Shown piece by piece: positions 1-11,890 of a DNA stretch of 64,000 nucleotides (position 1 is its first letter; each line of letters starts with the position of its first letter). The translations under genes were made by a program, and so were the position numbers. The stretch spans positions 18,600,001-18,664,000 of the forward strand of contig NC_043020.1 of the NCBI RefSeq assembly GCF_006345805.1, given 5' to 3'. The stretch comes from Octopus sinensis. Lineage: Eukaryota. The notes under the pieces were generated by a model that saw nothing but the letters and a program-made list of their open reading frames with translations, was not told where the DNA came from and did no database searches.

Positions 1-26
1 TATATATATATATATATAGATATATA

Positions 27-62
<36 letters not shown>
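1..62. repeat. (TA)n/(TG)n compound microsatellite
   Basis: Pure dinucleotide runs visible in sequence. Confidence 0.95.
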
Positions 63-65
<3 letters not shown>

Positions 66-581
66 CCACTGCAATCCGTTTAAGTGTCGTGTCTGTTCTA
101 TGCGTGGATTATACCTTAACCGATATGTTATTAACCGAGCCTCTGTTCAATTTTGGGAGAGCACTGAGAAGCTTTTCTCCTCTGAGCTCCCGCTAGTGCT
201 CGCCTATCCGCGGCTCCCCTATGCTGCGTCCCGTTTCCACATGGTAAGTTGTTTTGTTTCTCTCTGCCCCATAGACAGAACGAGCCTCAACGGGAAGCAC
301 GGATGGCAAAATAGCACACCTCCACCACGAAACTACGCAACACGACGACAGAAGGGTAAAAAAGACACAGATACAAGCTATAATACACAAACCCATATAC
401 ACAAACACAAAGACACATACATATACTTAATATAAAGTAAAAAAAAAAAACAGAAAATAGATAAGTAAATAACTACAAAAAGTATAAATAAAAACTATAT
501 AAAGGGGGACGGATACAAACAATATAGTAAGCAAACTCATATATACACATGCAAAACACCTAAACATGCGCACAACATACG

Positions 582-619
<38 letters not shown>

Positions 620-794
620 CACAGATACAGAGGCAGACGCATAGACAGATAAGAATATACACCATCGAAAGACTGAACAGAACAGGAGGAGACACGTAGA
701 ATGAAAGAGTCGCTGAAGAGATCACAGGTGTGTGACGAAAGATTTTCAGACAATGGATATAAGATAGAATAAGAATAATAAAATTAAAAAAAAA

Positions 795-894
795 NNNNNN
801 NNNNNNNNNNNNNNNNNNNNNNNNNNNNNNNNNNNNNNNNNNNNNNNNNNNNNNNNNNNNNNNNNNNNNNNNNNNNNNNNNNNNNNNNNNNNNN
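795..894. other. Assembly gap of 100 N
   Basis: Exactly 100 consecutive N, typical placeholder scaffold gap. Confidence 0.98.
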
Positions 895-959
895 CGGTTT
901 ATTGCTTTTCCAAAGCACGAAACTAAAAGTAGCTCGTAGTCTAATACTAATCTCAAAAA

Positions 960-1110
960 CAGATAACAATAAGATTCAGTTTAGTCTCTGCTGCTTGACG
1001 AAGATGAACAACATATGGAAAAACAATTCCATTAGTTTTCCAACAAGACTCAGAGTGTATAAGTCTCTGGTGACTTCGATCCTTCTGTATGGGTGGAGAG
1101 AACTGGACTC
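960..1110 (+). mobile_element. RTE-clade LINE fragment, post-RT region
   Basis: Translation LTKMNNIWKNNSISFPTRLRVYKSLVTSILLYGW resembles the RTE motif L..IW.s..Is..TK.rlY.slV.siLLYG.E.W. Confidence 0.75.
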
Positions 1111-1618
1111 AGTGATAATAAAAAGACTGAAAGGAGGTCTGCAATCAAATAACTTTACTCAACACTTTGCAAATGAATCAGTGGAGGCAAAGATGCCTCT
1201 CATTTACTTGACAATTTATGCACAACGTTGCAGAAATCACAATGTAAGTGTATGTCAAAGCAAACTGTTACACTGTTGTACCATTGAATTACAAAAATGC
1301 TCATCTTTTATGCTCGGGTAACCCTACATCTTCCAAGAGTACAACTGTATTCGTCTTTGCTTAGATAAAATGACGAAATTGTGGGCGTTAAGTCCCCATG
1401 GAGGGGTCTTTCTAACTTGTAAGAAGATGAAATTTTATAAATATTACTTCATGTGTGTCTAATATCTATGGTTAAAATTTCATCAGCAGCAAAAATATAT
1501 GAAGTGGCATGCGAATTATGGCCCTTATGCATAGAATATAATTTCCAAATTTCATAAAGATCCATTCAGTACTTTTGACTTAGTTTTGGATCATGAAAGA
1601 AATTACTAAAATTTGGGA

Positions 1619-1631
1619 GTTATATATATAT

Positions 1632-1721
<90 letters not shown>

Positions 1722-1735
1722 CACACACACACATA
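1619..1735. repeat. (TA)n-(TAGA)n microsatellite
   Basis: Direct inspection. Confidence 0.95.
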
Positions 1736-1769
1736 CAAAGATAAATTGATAGATACAACTGAGTGGGCA

Positions 1770-2000
1770 AACAAAAATATGAGCCACAGCCTAGTGCTTT
1801 TTTTATTTTGATAAGCCTGGTACTTATTCTATTAGCTTGTTCTTGTGAAACCAGTAAATTATGGGGATTTAAATAAATGAACAGCACTTGTGAAACAGTG
1901 ATGAAAGCGAAACAAAGAGACAAAGACACACACATACACTTACATATATACATACATATATAAATATATACGATTGATTTGTTTCAGTTCCTGTCTACGA
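1770..2000 (-). mobile_element. Decayed copy of SINE family B (same family as 8034-8430)
   Basis: aagcctggtacttattctatt and gtttcagttcctgtctac match the reverse complement of the 8.0-kb copy. Confidence 0.55.
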
Positions 2001-2399
2001 ATTCCATATATATATATATATATATCGATAGATGGATATATAGATATATAGATATATATATACAACACACACACACAAAGATACATACATCTATACATAT
2101 ACATCTATATGTATACATCTATATATATATATATATGTAAATTTAAACTTAAAATAATAAGGGTGAAAAATTGAATATCAATTTGATTAATATGAATGTA
2201 AAACCAGTGACTGGTGTAGCATATAAGACCATAGTGGATCTTCTTCTAGCATAATGGATGGATGTTCATCCCTGTTATATAATAGTTTCACTTTATTGGT
2301 TTCAGTATTAAAGTGAAAGCATCTGACATTACAATAGAGAGATGTTTTTGTTTCTCTTTTGACATGTAATACTGAAATAGTGGAGAAGATATGACATTG

Positions 2400-2550
2400 C
2401 TATGAACTCGCACTAGGCAAAATGTTAAAAAAATTTTTTGCCCATGACACTACATGGACCCTAAGTAAAGCATGTGTAAAATTCGAATGAAATTAGTTGT
2501 GTAGTTCTCAAGACAGACACACATTCTCAGTTTTATATACATAAGATATC
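2400..2550. mobile_element. Short non-autonomous rolling-circle (Helitron/DINE-1-like) repeat end
   Basis: aaattcgaatgaaattagttgtgtagttctc...gacagacacacattctcagttttatatacataagat; similar termini at ~14200 and ~46130. Confidence 0.3.
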
Positions 2551-2672
2551 TATCTATCTCTATTATATAGTTATATATATATATATATATATACTATATA
2601 ATATAATATACACACCACACACACACACACACACATAATATATATATATATATATATATAATATTAAACATA

Positions 2673-2719
<47 letters not shown>

Positions 2720-2757
2720 TATATAATATAGATATAATTTATTTATATATATATACA

Positions 2758-2788
<31 letters not shown>

Positions 2789-2791
2789 ATA

Positions 2792-2952
2792 CATAGTACA
2801 TGCATTATATATATATATACACACACCACATACGTACATATATATATATACGCTAACATACACACTCACATATGCACACATATCAATACCCATCACAGCC
2901 GCAATACTGTCATCTTCTTTCCTCCTTCCTTTTATTCTCCCCCTCTCCCTAT

Positions 2953-2984
<32 letters not shown>

Positions 2985-3841
2985 CTCTATCTACTTATTT
3001 CTCTTTAAATTCACGAACAGTACCACTGTGAACGCCATCACTACTCCATCATGGCTACCACCACCACAACCACCACCACCACCACCACAACCACCACCAC
3101 CATCACCATCGCCACTGCCGCTGCCGCCGTCGCCAAAACCACCACCACCACAACCGCCACCACAGGTGCTCATCGCAAGACATCCCATAAAAATCCTGCA
3201 CCCCATTTCCAAATTCAGTGACACAAACACATATACTTTAACACATGTCCGCACACTCACACACGCACACACATACACACACAGCCTTTCGACAACAACG
3301 AAAACAACAACAACAACACAAAAGAACTGGGGAAAGAAGGAAGTAAAAGAGGCAGTAAAGGGTGAGGGGGAAGAATCTGATTGAGTAAGTCAGTGCCGTA
3401 AGGTGGACGAGGCATCGACTATCTATCTTGCTTCGACCATGAAAATAATCAGCATTCTACGCTATATTGGAGACAGATCAACGAGGGGAATTGGCAAGAA
3501 TGGAATCACAGACCAATTGGATTCCTGTTCACTGAAGCATAGAAGACAGGTGTTGCTCTCAGCTAAGGTAGCAACGCTTAGGTCTTCAGTTTTCCGTTCT
3601 TCCGTCTTTCTGCTTATAGTTTTGCGATAGGGGCTGCGAGCAATTTCACCGATTTCGTGTTGAGAACAGATCTTGAATGCGCGCGCGATAGCACGCACGC
3701 ACACCACACAACATACATACACACACACACACACCACAAGCACACACACACATGTATACACATACACAAAGTTGTGCGTCTGTATGTCTGTGCATAGCCT
3801 ATATATATATCACACTATATACATAGTCTATATATATATAT

Positions 3842-3850
<9 letters not shown>
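2792..3850. repeat. Tandem duplication 1, copy A (~1.2-kb period)
   Basis: Near-identical to 4009-5085; anchor cgctaacatacac at 2851 and 4068 (offset 1217). Confidence 0.95.
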
Positions 3851-3887
<37 letters not shown>

Positions 3888-3891
3888 TACT

Positions 3892-3926
<35 letters not shown>

Positions 3927-4008
3927 TATATATATATACTTATATATATATATTATACATATATACATACATACTATATATATATATATATAATATATTA
4001 TATATATA

Positions 4009-4171
4009 CATAAGTACATGCATTATATATATATACACACACACACATACGTACATATATATATATACGCTAACATACACACTCACATATGCACACATAT
4101 CAATACCCATCACAGCCGCAATACTGTCATCTTCTTTCCCTCCTTCCTTTTATCTCTCCCCCTCTCCCTAT

Positions 4172-4203
<32 letters not shown>

Positions 4204-5068
4204 CTCTATCTACTTATTTCTCTTTAAATTCACGAACAGTACCACTGTGAACGCCATCACTACTCCATCAATGGCTACCACCACCACAACCACCACCACC
4301 ACCACCACAACCACCACCACCATCACCATCGCCACCGCTGCCGCCGCGCCGTCGCCAAAACCACCACCACCACAAACCGCCACCACAGGTGCTCATCGCA
4401 AACTCCCATAAAAATCCTGCACCCCATTTCCAAATTCAGTGACACAAACACATATACTTTAACACATGTCCGCACACTCACACACGCACACACATACACA
4501 CACAGCCTTTCGACAACAACGAAAACAACAACAACAACACAAAAGAACTGGGGAAAAGAAGTAAAAGAGGCAGTAAAGGGTGAGGGGGAAGAATCTGATT
4601 GAGTAAGTTCAGTGCCGTAAGGTGGACGAGGCATCGACTATCTATCTGTGCTTCGACCATGAAAATAATCAGCATTCTACGCTATATTGGAGACAGATCA
4701 ACGAGGGGAATTGGCACGTAATGGAATCACAGACCAATTTGGATTCCTGTTCACTGAAGCATAGAAGACAGGTGTTGCTCTCAGCTAAAGGTAGCAACGC
4801 TTAGGTCTTCAGTTTTCCGTCTTCCGTCTTTCTGCTTATAGTTTTGCGATAGGGGCTGCTGAGCAATTTCACCGGATTTCGTGTGAGAACAGATCTGAAT
4901 GCGCGCGCGAGCACGTACGCCCGCACGCACACACACACACATACATACACACACACACACACACAAGCACACACACACATGTATACACATACACAAAGTT
5001 GTGCGTGTGTATGTCTGTGCATAGCCTATATATATATACACATATATACATAGTCTATATATATATAT

Positions 5069-5085
<17 letters not shown>
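4009..5085. repeat. Tandem duplication 1, copy B
   Basis: Near-identical to 2792-3850; differences mainly 1-2-bp indels. Confidence 0.95.
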
Positions 5086-5108
<23 letters not shown>

Positions 5109-5264
5109 CTCTCTCTCTCTCTCACTCACTCTCTCTCTCTCTGTATATATATATATATAAATGTATGTATATATATGTATATAGTTAGATACACAAATTT
5201 ACATTTATGTACTATATGCAAACACACATATACATGTGTATTTATATAAACAAATACGTACATA

Positions 5265-5317
<53 letters not shown>

Positions 5318-5557
5318 CTATTATATATATATATATATACATATACACATATATATATATACATACTTATATATATATGTGTGTGTGTGTGTTATGTATG
5401 TATATATGTGTGTATGTAGGTATACACGCGTATACGTAATACATTTAAGCGCATCTCAGCACAGATACACGCAAACAGAAACTATTGAATAGTCAGGTGT
5501 GCAACATAAGATTGTTGTTGTCAGTTGATCACTCGCTAAATTTATAGTATGTGCATA

Positions 5558-6160
5558 TCATTAGTTCGTCCGTCGTTGTCGACGATGACCAATGATATCA
5601 TGGAGGAAGAGGTCGGGGTAAGGTGTGTCCGGCTGTGACCGATCTGTCCGATGCGTTGCTCGGAAGGCTCCCTCGCGGTCAAGCGATGGTGGTCTGCGGA
5701 GACTGAAGACGAGGCTCTTGACTTGCGCCTTTCGTATTTTCTTTGCGCTCCTGCAATCCTGGTTTGTACTTAGGAGATGGCATCTCTGCTGGCACACCTT
5801 CACCAAGCGAGATAGTTTTTATACTTGCGTTTCCCAGGTGTTGGGGGTTGATCATAAAGCTCTTCCGTAAGACTTTGGGTGTATCCATGAAGCGCTGTTT
5901 CTATCCACCTTGCGTTCGCTAGCCTTCCTCAAGTTCGTTGTAAACAGTTGACTTGACCTTACCTCAACAATGTGTAAATGCTTGGCAGATCAGCCTGAGA
6001 GAAAACCTCCGTGTCTGGGATCTTATTTTGGCAGGTAATTTGCGATGGCTTTCTCACACGATTCGTGTGGTGGGGGTTTAGCTTTTTGGCGTGACGTTCA
6101 TAAACCGTTCAAAACTTGCAGGTGATGCATGTATCAACTTCATTGACAACATTCACACAT
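5558..6160 (-). mobile_element. 3' end of an RTE-clade LINE, degraded
   Basis: Minus-strand frames give KIPDTEVFSQADLPSIYTLL, KQRFMDTPKVLRKSFMINP and RIGQIGHSRTH...VDNDGRT, typical of RTE/BovB C-termini; contains stops and frameshifts. Confidence 0.8.
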
Positions 6161-6364
6161 CTGTATATCGAAAGAAGATGAAATTTCTTCCCGAGCAATA
6201 GCCTTATAAGGCCGGTTTCCCGGATTCTGTGGCTTAAATATATATATACACAGGCGGTGCTTCAGCATTGTGCTCCAGCAGGGCTGTGGTCAAATGACTG
6301 TCACAAATATACGCGTATATATTATATATATATATTATATATATATATATATAATATATAGGGA

Positions 6365-6530
6365 GAGTTTACAAAAAAAAAAACCAAGGAAGAAGACAGT
6401 GGTGTACAAAACAAACAGATGTATTAGTAAAGCTCAGGACTAGAAAAAGTCTTTTACGTTTCGAGCCTGCGCTCTTCTACAAAAAGGGATACAGAAAAAA
6501 AAGGAGAGAAACAAGGAGGAACAAGATAAT
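6365..6530 (-). mobile_element. Penelope-type terminal-repeat (pLTR) fragment with decayed hammerhead motif at 6451-6486
   Basis: Reverse complement CTTT-TTGTAGA-A-GAGC-GCAG-GCTC-GAAA-CGT-A-AAAG; adjacent to (TA)n. Confidence 0.4.
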
Positions 6531-6537
6531 TTTATTA

Positions 6538-6667
6538 CCAGCCTCATGGTTCCGGGTTCAGTCCCACTGCGTGGCATCTTGGGCAAGTGTCTTCTGCTAT
6601 AGCCCCGGACCGAGCAATGCCTTGTGAGTGGATTTGGTAGACGGAAACTGAAAGAAGCCTGTCGTAT

Positions 6668-6709
<42 letters not shown>

Positions 6710-6950
6710 GTGTGTGTGTGTGTGGTGTGTGGGTGGTGTGTGTTTGTGTGTCTGTGTTTGTCCCCCTAGCATTGCTTGATAACCGATGCTGGTGTGTTTA
6801 CGTCCCCGTCACTTAGCGGTTCGGCAAAAGAGACGATAGAATAAGTACTGTGCTTACAAAGAATAAGTCCCGGGTCGATTTGCTCGACTAAAGGCGGTGC
6901 TCCAGCATGGCCGCAGTCAAACGATTGAAACAAGTAAAAGAGTAAAAAGA
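6538..6950 (+). mobile_element. SINE family B (tRNA-like head, internal TA/TG tract, ...gcagtcaaa..gaaacaagtaaaaga tail), 5' clipped
   Basis: B-box-like ggttcagtccc; colinear with 8034-8430. Confidence 0.85.
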
Positions 6951-6960
6951 GTAATATATA

Positions 6961-7009
<49 letters not shown>

Positions 7010-8033
7010 TGTATGTCTGTATGTATGTATATATGTATGTATGTATGTATGTATTACAGCAGTATCAGCACCATGCAGTGTTAAGTCATAAGCGAAGTTT
7101 AGGTTAGTCAAAATATGTTTGTGAGATATTTTAACTTCTAAAACCAAATTCACTTCAGTTACCATGGAGGCAAAAAATTCTCTTTTATGGTAAAAAGTGT
7201 AAAATCACCGTAACTGTTCAGTATTGCCCCCTATCAGATTCCTGGACATGTTTCTAGCTTTACGAGTGAATGCACCAACAGAAGAAAGTGGTAGTCGACA
7301 CATTTAGGAAGAGTACCATATGTTATTATTTAAAACAGTTTGATTCGGCGCCATGTGAGTTAAAGTTTCGTCAGGTTCTTTCAGAAACCTAGCTCATCGG
7401 GCTCAAGAAGCCGAATGGAGAGACACAGGGAGTCCAAGATAGTGTGTATCAGCTATGCATGTGTGTACGGCGGACGGTGCGCGCGTGTATAAGCTGGTGT
7501 GTGGATGAGAGCTGATACCATCAATATACTTTGTACATCTGAATGTCTCACATTTTTTTTCTTTTGTTTTGCTAAAACATTTAATCCTAATCCTTAAAAG
7601 AATTAGGATTATCCACACCAGTCGTATCGATTACACACGTATTAACAGAAGTTCCCAATTGTAACTAATTCGCCGTTCTATGTAAATCCATGTCCAAGAA
7701 TTACACTTCATACATTCACACGTCCATCAAAACAAATACATCTGCTTAGTCCCAGTTGTTGTCGACATAGCGTTTCTAAATTCCACCACCTGTTGTTACT
7801 CTTAATTTATTTTTCTTTAAATATTCTCAATTAATTTAGTCTCAATCAACTCAACAATATATCTCTTTGTGTAACGTAAAACAAACTACACTCAGTAACA
7901 ACTAGTAGTTCATAAACGCACACATACATTATTGATATGGCTACCGTTCTGTATTAGGAAACATTAATTTAAAATAATCACGGTTTGCATTCATCTCTTT
8001 GTACAACTTCACAGATATACATATATATATATG

Positions 8034-8430
8034 CGCAGGAGTGGCTGTGTGGTAGGTAGCTTGTTTACCGACCACATGGTTCCGGGTTCAGTCCCACTGC
8101 GTGGAACCTTGGGTAAGTGTCTTCTACTATAGCCTCGGGCCGACCAAAGCCTTGTGAGTGGATTTGGTAGACGGAAACTGAAAGAAGCCCGTCGTATATA
8201 TGTATATATATATATGCGTGTGTGTGTTTGTGTCTGTGTTTGTCCTCCGAGCATGCCTTGACAACCGATGCTGGTGTGTTTATGTCCCCGTAACTTAGCG
8301 GTTCGGCAAAAGAGACCGATAGAATAAGTACTGGGCTTACAAAAGAATAAGTCCCGGGGTCGAGTTGCTCGATTAAAGGCGGTGCTCCAGCATGGCCGCA
8401 GTCAAATGACTGAAACAAGTAAAAGAATAA
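8034..8430 (+). mobile_element. SINE family B, near full length
   Basis: gcaggagtggctgtgtggta A-box-like head, gggttcagtccc B-box, conserved body, aaaagaataaaa end; many copies in window. Confidence 0.88.
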
Positions 8431-8637
8431 AATATGTGCATATACATATCTATATATATATACGTATATACATGTACACACACACACACACACACACACA
8501 TACACATATATATATATATACATATACACATGCATACATAAATACATACATACTTAAATACATACATATATATACATATATATATACATATATACATATA
8601 TATATATAATATATATATATATAATATATATATATAT

Positions 8638-8772
8638 AAAAGCAGCAGAAAAATATTACAAAACTGTTACTCAGAGTTTCACGTTCCCGCCCGTCGGACG
8701 AACTGTCCGACGAACGAGAACCACTTCGTGATATTTCTGATGCTTTAAATAAAGCATATTACTCTACCTCCA
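8638..8772. mobile_element. Short inverted pLTR-like element, same family as 59570-59680, with decayed hammerhead cores
   Basis: 8641-8700 is the reverse complement of the 59.6-kb hammerhead region; gctttaaataaagcatattactctacc shared on + strand. Confidence 0.65.
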
Positions 8773-9190
8773 TTTATGTGCTTCCTCCGGTATATTTGTG
8801 TGTGCGTGTGTGTGTTGTAATAATGAAGTCAAACCAAAATAGAGATATTTTGAAATCATTTGGTATATACATTTCTGATTTCCGTAATATGTAAAGGAAA
8901 ATACGCAAAACCTTCCTCAGTTGTAGCAATTCAAAATATGAATATATTGCTGGAAATGGTTCAATCAAAATATCAGTATTTAGTTTGACGTCACCATTAC
9001 AGCTTATACGACTCGATGCCAGTAGAAATTAACCAGTCTAGACGCCACTTATGTGGATACGCTAACAATGATTTTGATTACTGTTTTATTTGACTCAACT
9101 CGAGCATTCTGGTACCGCGCAGCACTTCTTAGCGTAACATGAAATACATACAAATACATTCAATTCACTTCCGATTTGGTTCAGGCACAT

Positions 9191-9233
9191 GATGTTGATA
9201 AGTCTCAGAAATGGCGAAACATCGATATCTATC
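9191..9233 (+). ncRNA. Decayed minimal type I hammerhead motif
   Basis: GATG-TTGATAA-GTC..GGC-GAAA-CATCGATAT-C-TATC; core has 2 substitutions, stem III one change from palindrome ACATCGATGT. Confidence 0.35.
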
Positions 9234-9394
9234 GCTCCTGAAAGGGATTTGCGGTGAGCTGTCTCGCCTGTCTATGACTTTCAGGTGCTTTAATACCCGG
9301 CGCCTTGGGGGTTTCACCCCACCGCGCTACTGCCAGCGAACAAGTATGTGTAGTCGATAATATTTACACCACTAGCGCTGCTTGTAATTCATAT

Positions 9395-9468
<74 letters not shown>

Positions 9469-9718
9469 TATATGTATATATATATGTGTGTATATATATG
9501 TATATATATATATGTGTATGTATATATATATATATACATATAATAATAAATATTAGGAATAAATCCAAATTTACAGGGAAAAATCAGATTTAGATTGAAT
9601 CCAATTTTATGCAAAATATTATATAATATTAATTAGAGACAAAACCACTATTTTGCAAATCAAACAAAGAAAGACTTACATAAAAAAATTTAATATAAAT
9701 TAAATAAAATTAAATTCG

Positions 9719-9764
9719 CCACTACAATTGTTTCGTGTCTCTTCTAAGGACATTCATCAGGTGG
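9719..9764 (-). ncRNA. Minimal type I hammerhead ribozyme in the PLE 3' terminal repeat
   Basis: Reverse complement CCAC-CTGATGA-ATGTC..GACAC-GAAA-C-AATT-GT-A-GTGG: intact core, stem I CCAC/GTGG, palindromic stem III ACAATTGT, A.C mismatch at base of stem II. Confidence 0.8.
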
Positions 9765-9972
9765 ATTTCAGATCAGACTCAATATTCCATAAACAATTAT
9801 ACATTAATATACATTAATAATAAATTAATTAATTCAAAGAAATACCATTTATAGCCTAACTATAATTAAAACCTAAACTACATAACTAAAGAATTATAAT
9901 GGTACTCTAAACACATAAAATTATATACTAGAATAACCTTAATAGGGAGCTATTAATGTTATTAAATAATTA

Positions 9973-10749
9973 TTATTTATCATGAAACTTATTATATAGG
10001 TAAAGTAACCTATGTCTGCATTTTGTTTTGCGCTCTTCACCTGTATTAAGTAAATTATCATACTTATAAAATAAAATTTCCTTAAACTCATTAGAGCATA
10101 AATAACAAAAATTCGCTCCTATAGTATATGATTTGGTTTTACAAATTATTTCCCAAGATAAATTATAATTAACATTTTGTGATTTAAGTCTCCAAATGTA
10201 CTTGCTAAGTCCAGTGGAGTTGATTAAGTTTTTATTTTTAAAAGAATTCAGATGTTGTGCGATTCTTAATTTTATTTTAGAGGAAGTAGACCCTATATAA
10301 ATCGCTTTTGGGTAATTATTATTCTTAAAGTTATTATCATGTAATGTAACTATACATTTATACCCTACATCGTTAATATCGCATTTATTATTTAATTTAC
10401 ATTTAGATTTATCTCTACAAGTACAATTAATATATGTCTTATCTTTATTATTAGTATTATTAAATAATTTATTTTTATGAAAATTATTCAGTTTAAATTT
10501 ATTAAATGAAGAAATAATGTTACCTACATTATTAGTGGTGGAATAACCTACTCCAAAATTATTACTAGAGAAAATGTTTTTATATTTACGATTGTCTCTA
10601 ATAAATAGTTCGATAATATCTAAAATCTCTTTAATAATATTCGTTTTAACTTGATCACCATAAGGAACTATTAACCAGATTTTATTCTTATTTACCTTAT
10701 TATTATAACTGTCATTATTATTATTATTGTATTTATAATTCTTTATCAT
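9973..10749 (-). pseudogene. GIY-YIG endonuclease portion of the PLE polyprotein (258-aa open stretch)
   Basis: CTC...C...C, VGY...IYIGST, R..QH, LSKYIW.LK, CYLC, CRH motifs typical of PLE endonucleases; disconnected from upstream RT by stops or frameshifts. Confidence 0.85.
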
Positions 10750-10984
10750 ATTAAAATTATTATAATTATATCTATGTACAGCATTTAAGGAATTATTAAT
10801 ATTATTAATTTTATCAATATTATTATCATTATTATATTATTATTATTATTATTTTTATTTTTATTATTTTTATTTTTATTTTTATTATTTTTATTTTTAT
10901 AATTTCTAATATTTTTACCACTAATACTAACAAAATTATAATTATTATTAATATAATTATCTCGAAAATTATTAGTTATATCTT

Positions 10985-11520
10985 TATCATTAATATTATA
11001 AAATTTAATATTCCTATTATAACCTGCCTCTCTAAGGGCCTCATTATAATAAGTAGCATGTTTATTAGAAATCTCTATATCATAAGAGAGTAATGAAATA
11101 CGTTTACTTATATTATTAATCAACGAATTTTTAATAGAATGTGGGTGATTACTATTAACATTTATATATCTAAGGTTCTCATTAATTTTATGATATGGTT
11201 GTGTTTTACCTGTAATTAGATTAAAATTAACATCTAAATAATTAACATTATAATTCCCCTTATATATAGTAATACTTAACCCATATCTTTTAAAGAAACT
11301 ATATAGTTTTTTTCTTATATACTTCTAGATTCCTATTAGTACAATTCTTTGTAATTAGTAGATCATCTCTATATAAACCACCCTCTATCTTAAGATTTTC
11401 TAATTGGAGTTCAGATAAAAGATAAATACCTACTAAATCTGTAGCTTGTGCAGAATCCGGTGCTCCCATAGGTATATCAAAACAATCCCTAGTATCTTTC
11501 CTAGCCTATAATTTATTTTT
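10985..11520 (-). pseudogene. Reverse transcriptase C-terminal half of the PLE
   Basis: FDIPMG near 11460-11482, YRDD at ~11362-11373, thumb NSNHP..INNISKRIS; frameshifts present. Confidence 0.85.
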
Positions 11521-11574
11521 ATATTTAATGAGCGATTTCCTAGCCATTTTAATTACATTAACTTCTTCAAGTAT

Positions 11575-11677
11575 ATATATATACATATATATATATGCAT
11601 ATGCTTATATATATATGTATATATATATACATATATATATATATGCATATGCTTATATACATATATATATATATATA

Positions 11678-11717
<40 letters not shown>

Positions 11718-11774
11718 TATGCATATATACATATATATATATATATATGCAATGCATATATACATATATATATG

Positions 11775-11837
<63 letters not shown>

Positions 11838-11890
11838 TATATATATATATTATATATATATATATATATGCATATGCATATATACATATA
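11575..11890. repeat. (TA)n tract with GCATAT interruptions
   Basis: Direct inspection. Confidence 0.95.

Larger units (their letters stand above)
9545..11555 (-). mobile_element. Penelope-like retroelement (probably Naiad-like), 5'-truncated, flanked by (TA)n
   Basis: RT motifs FDIPMGAPDS..DLVGIYLL, GGLYRDD, NYLDVNFNL, NSNHP; C-terminal GIY-YIG endonuclease; 3' pLTR with hammerhead. Confidence 0.9.

Noticed and set aside
2872-3384. 170-aa proline-rich ORF (extensin- or formin-like)
   Set aside because: Derived from (CCA)n/(CCG)n and CA/CT tracts, broken by indels in the duplicate copy, no domain evidence.
7270-7335. Minus-strand start cacATGGCGCCG (MAPNQTVLNNNIWYSS*)
   Set aside because: Only 16 codons and no good donor site; insufficient evidence.
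9973-10749. Selenocysteine recoding in the PLE endonuclease
   Set aside because: No in-frame TGA in this frame; all expected cysteines are Cys codons.
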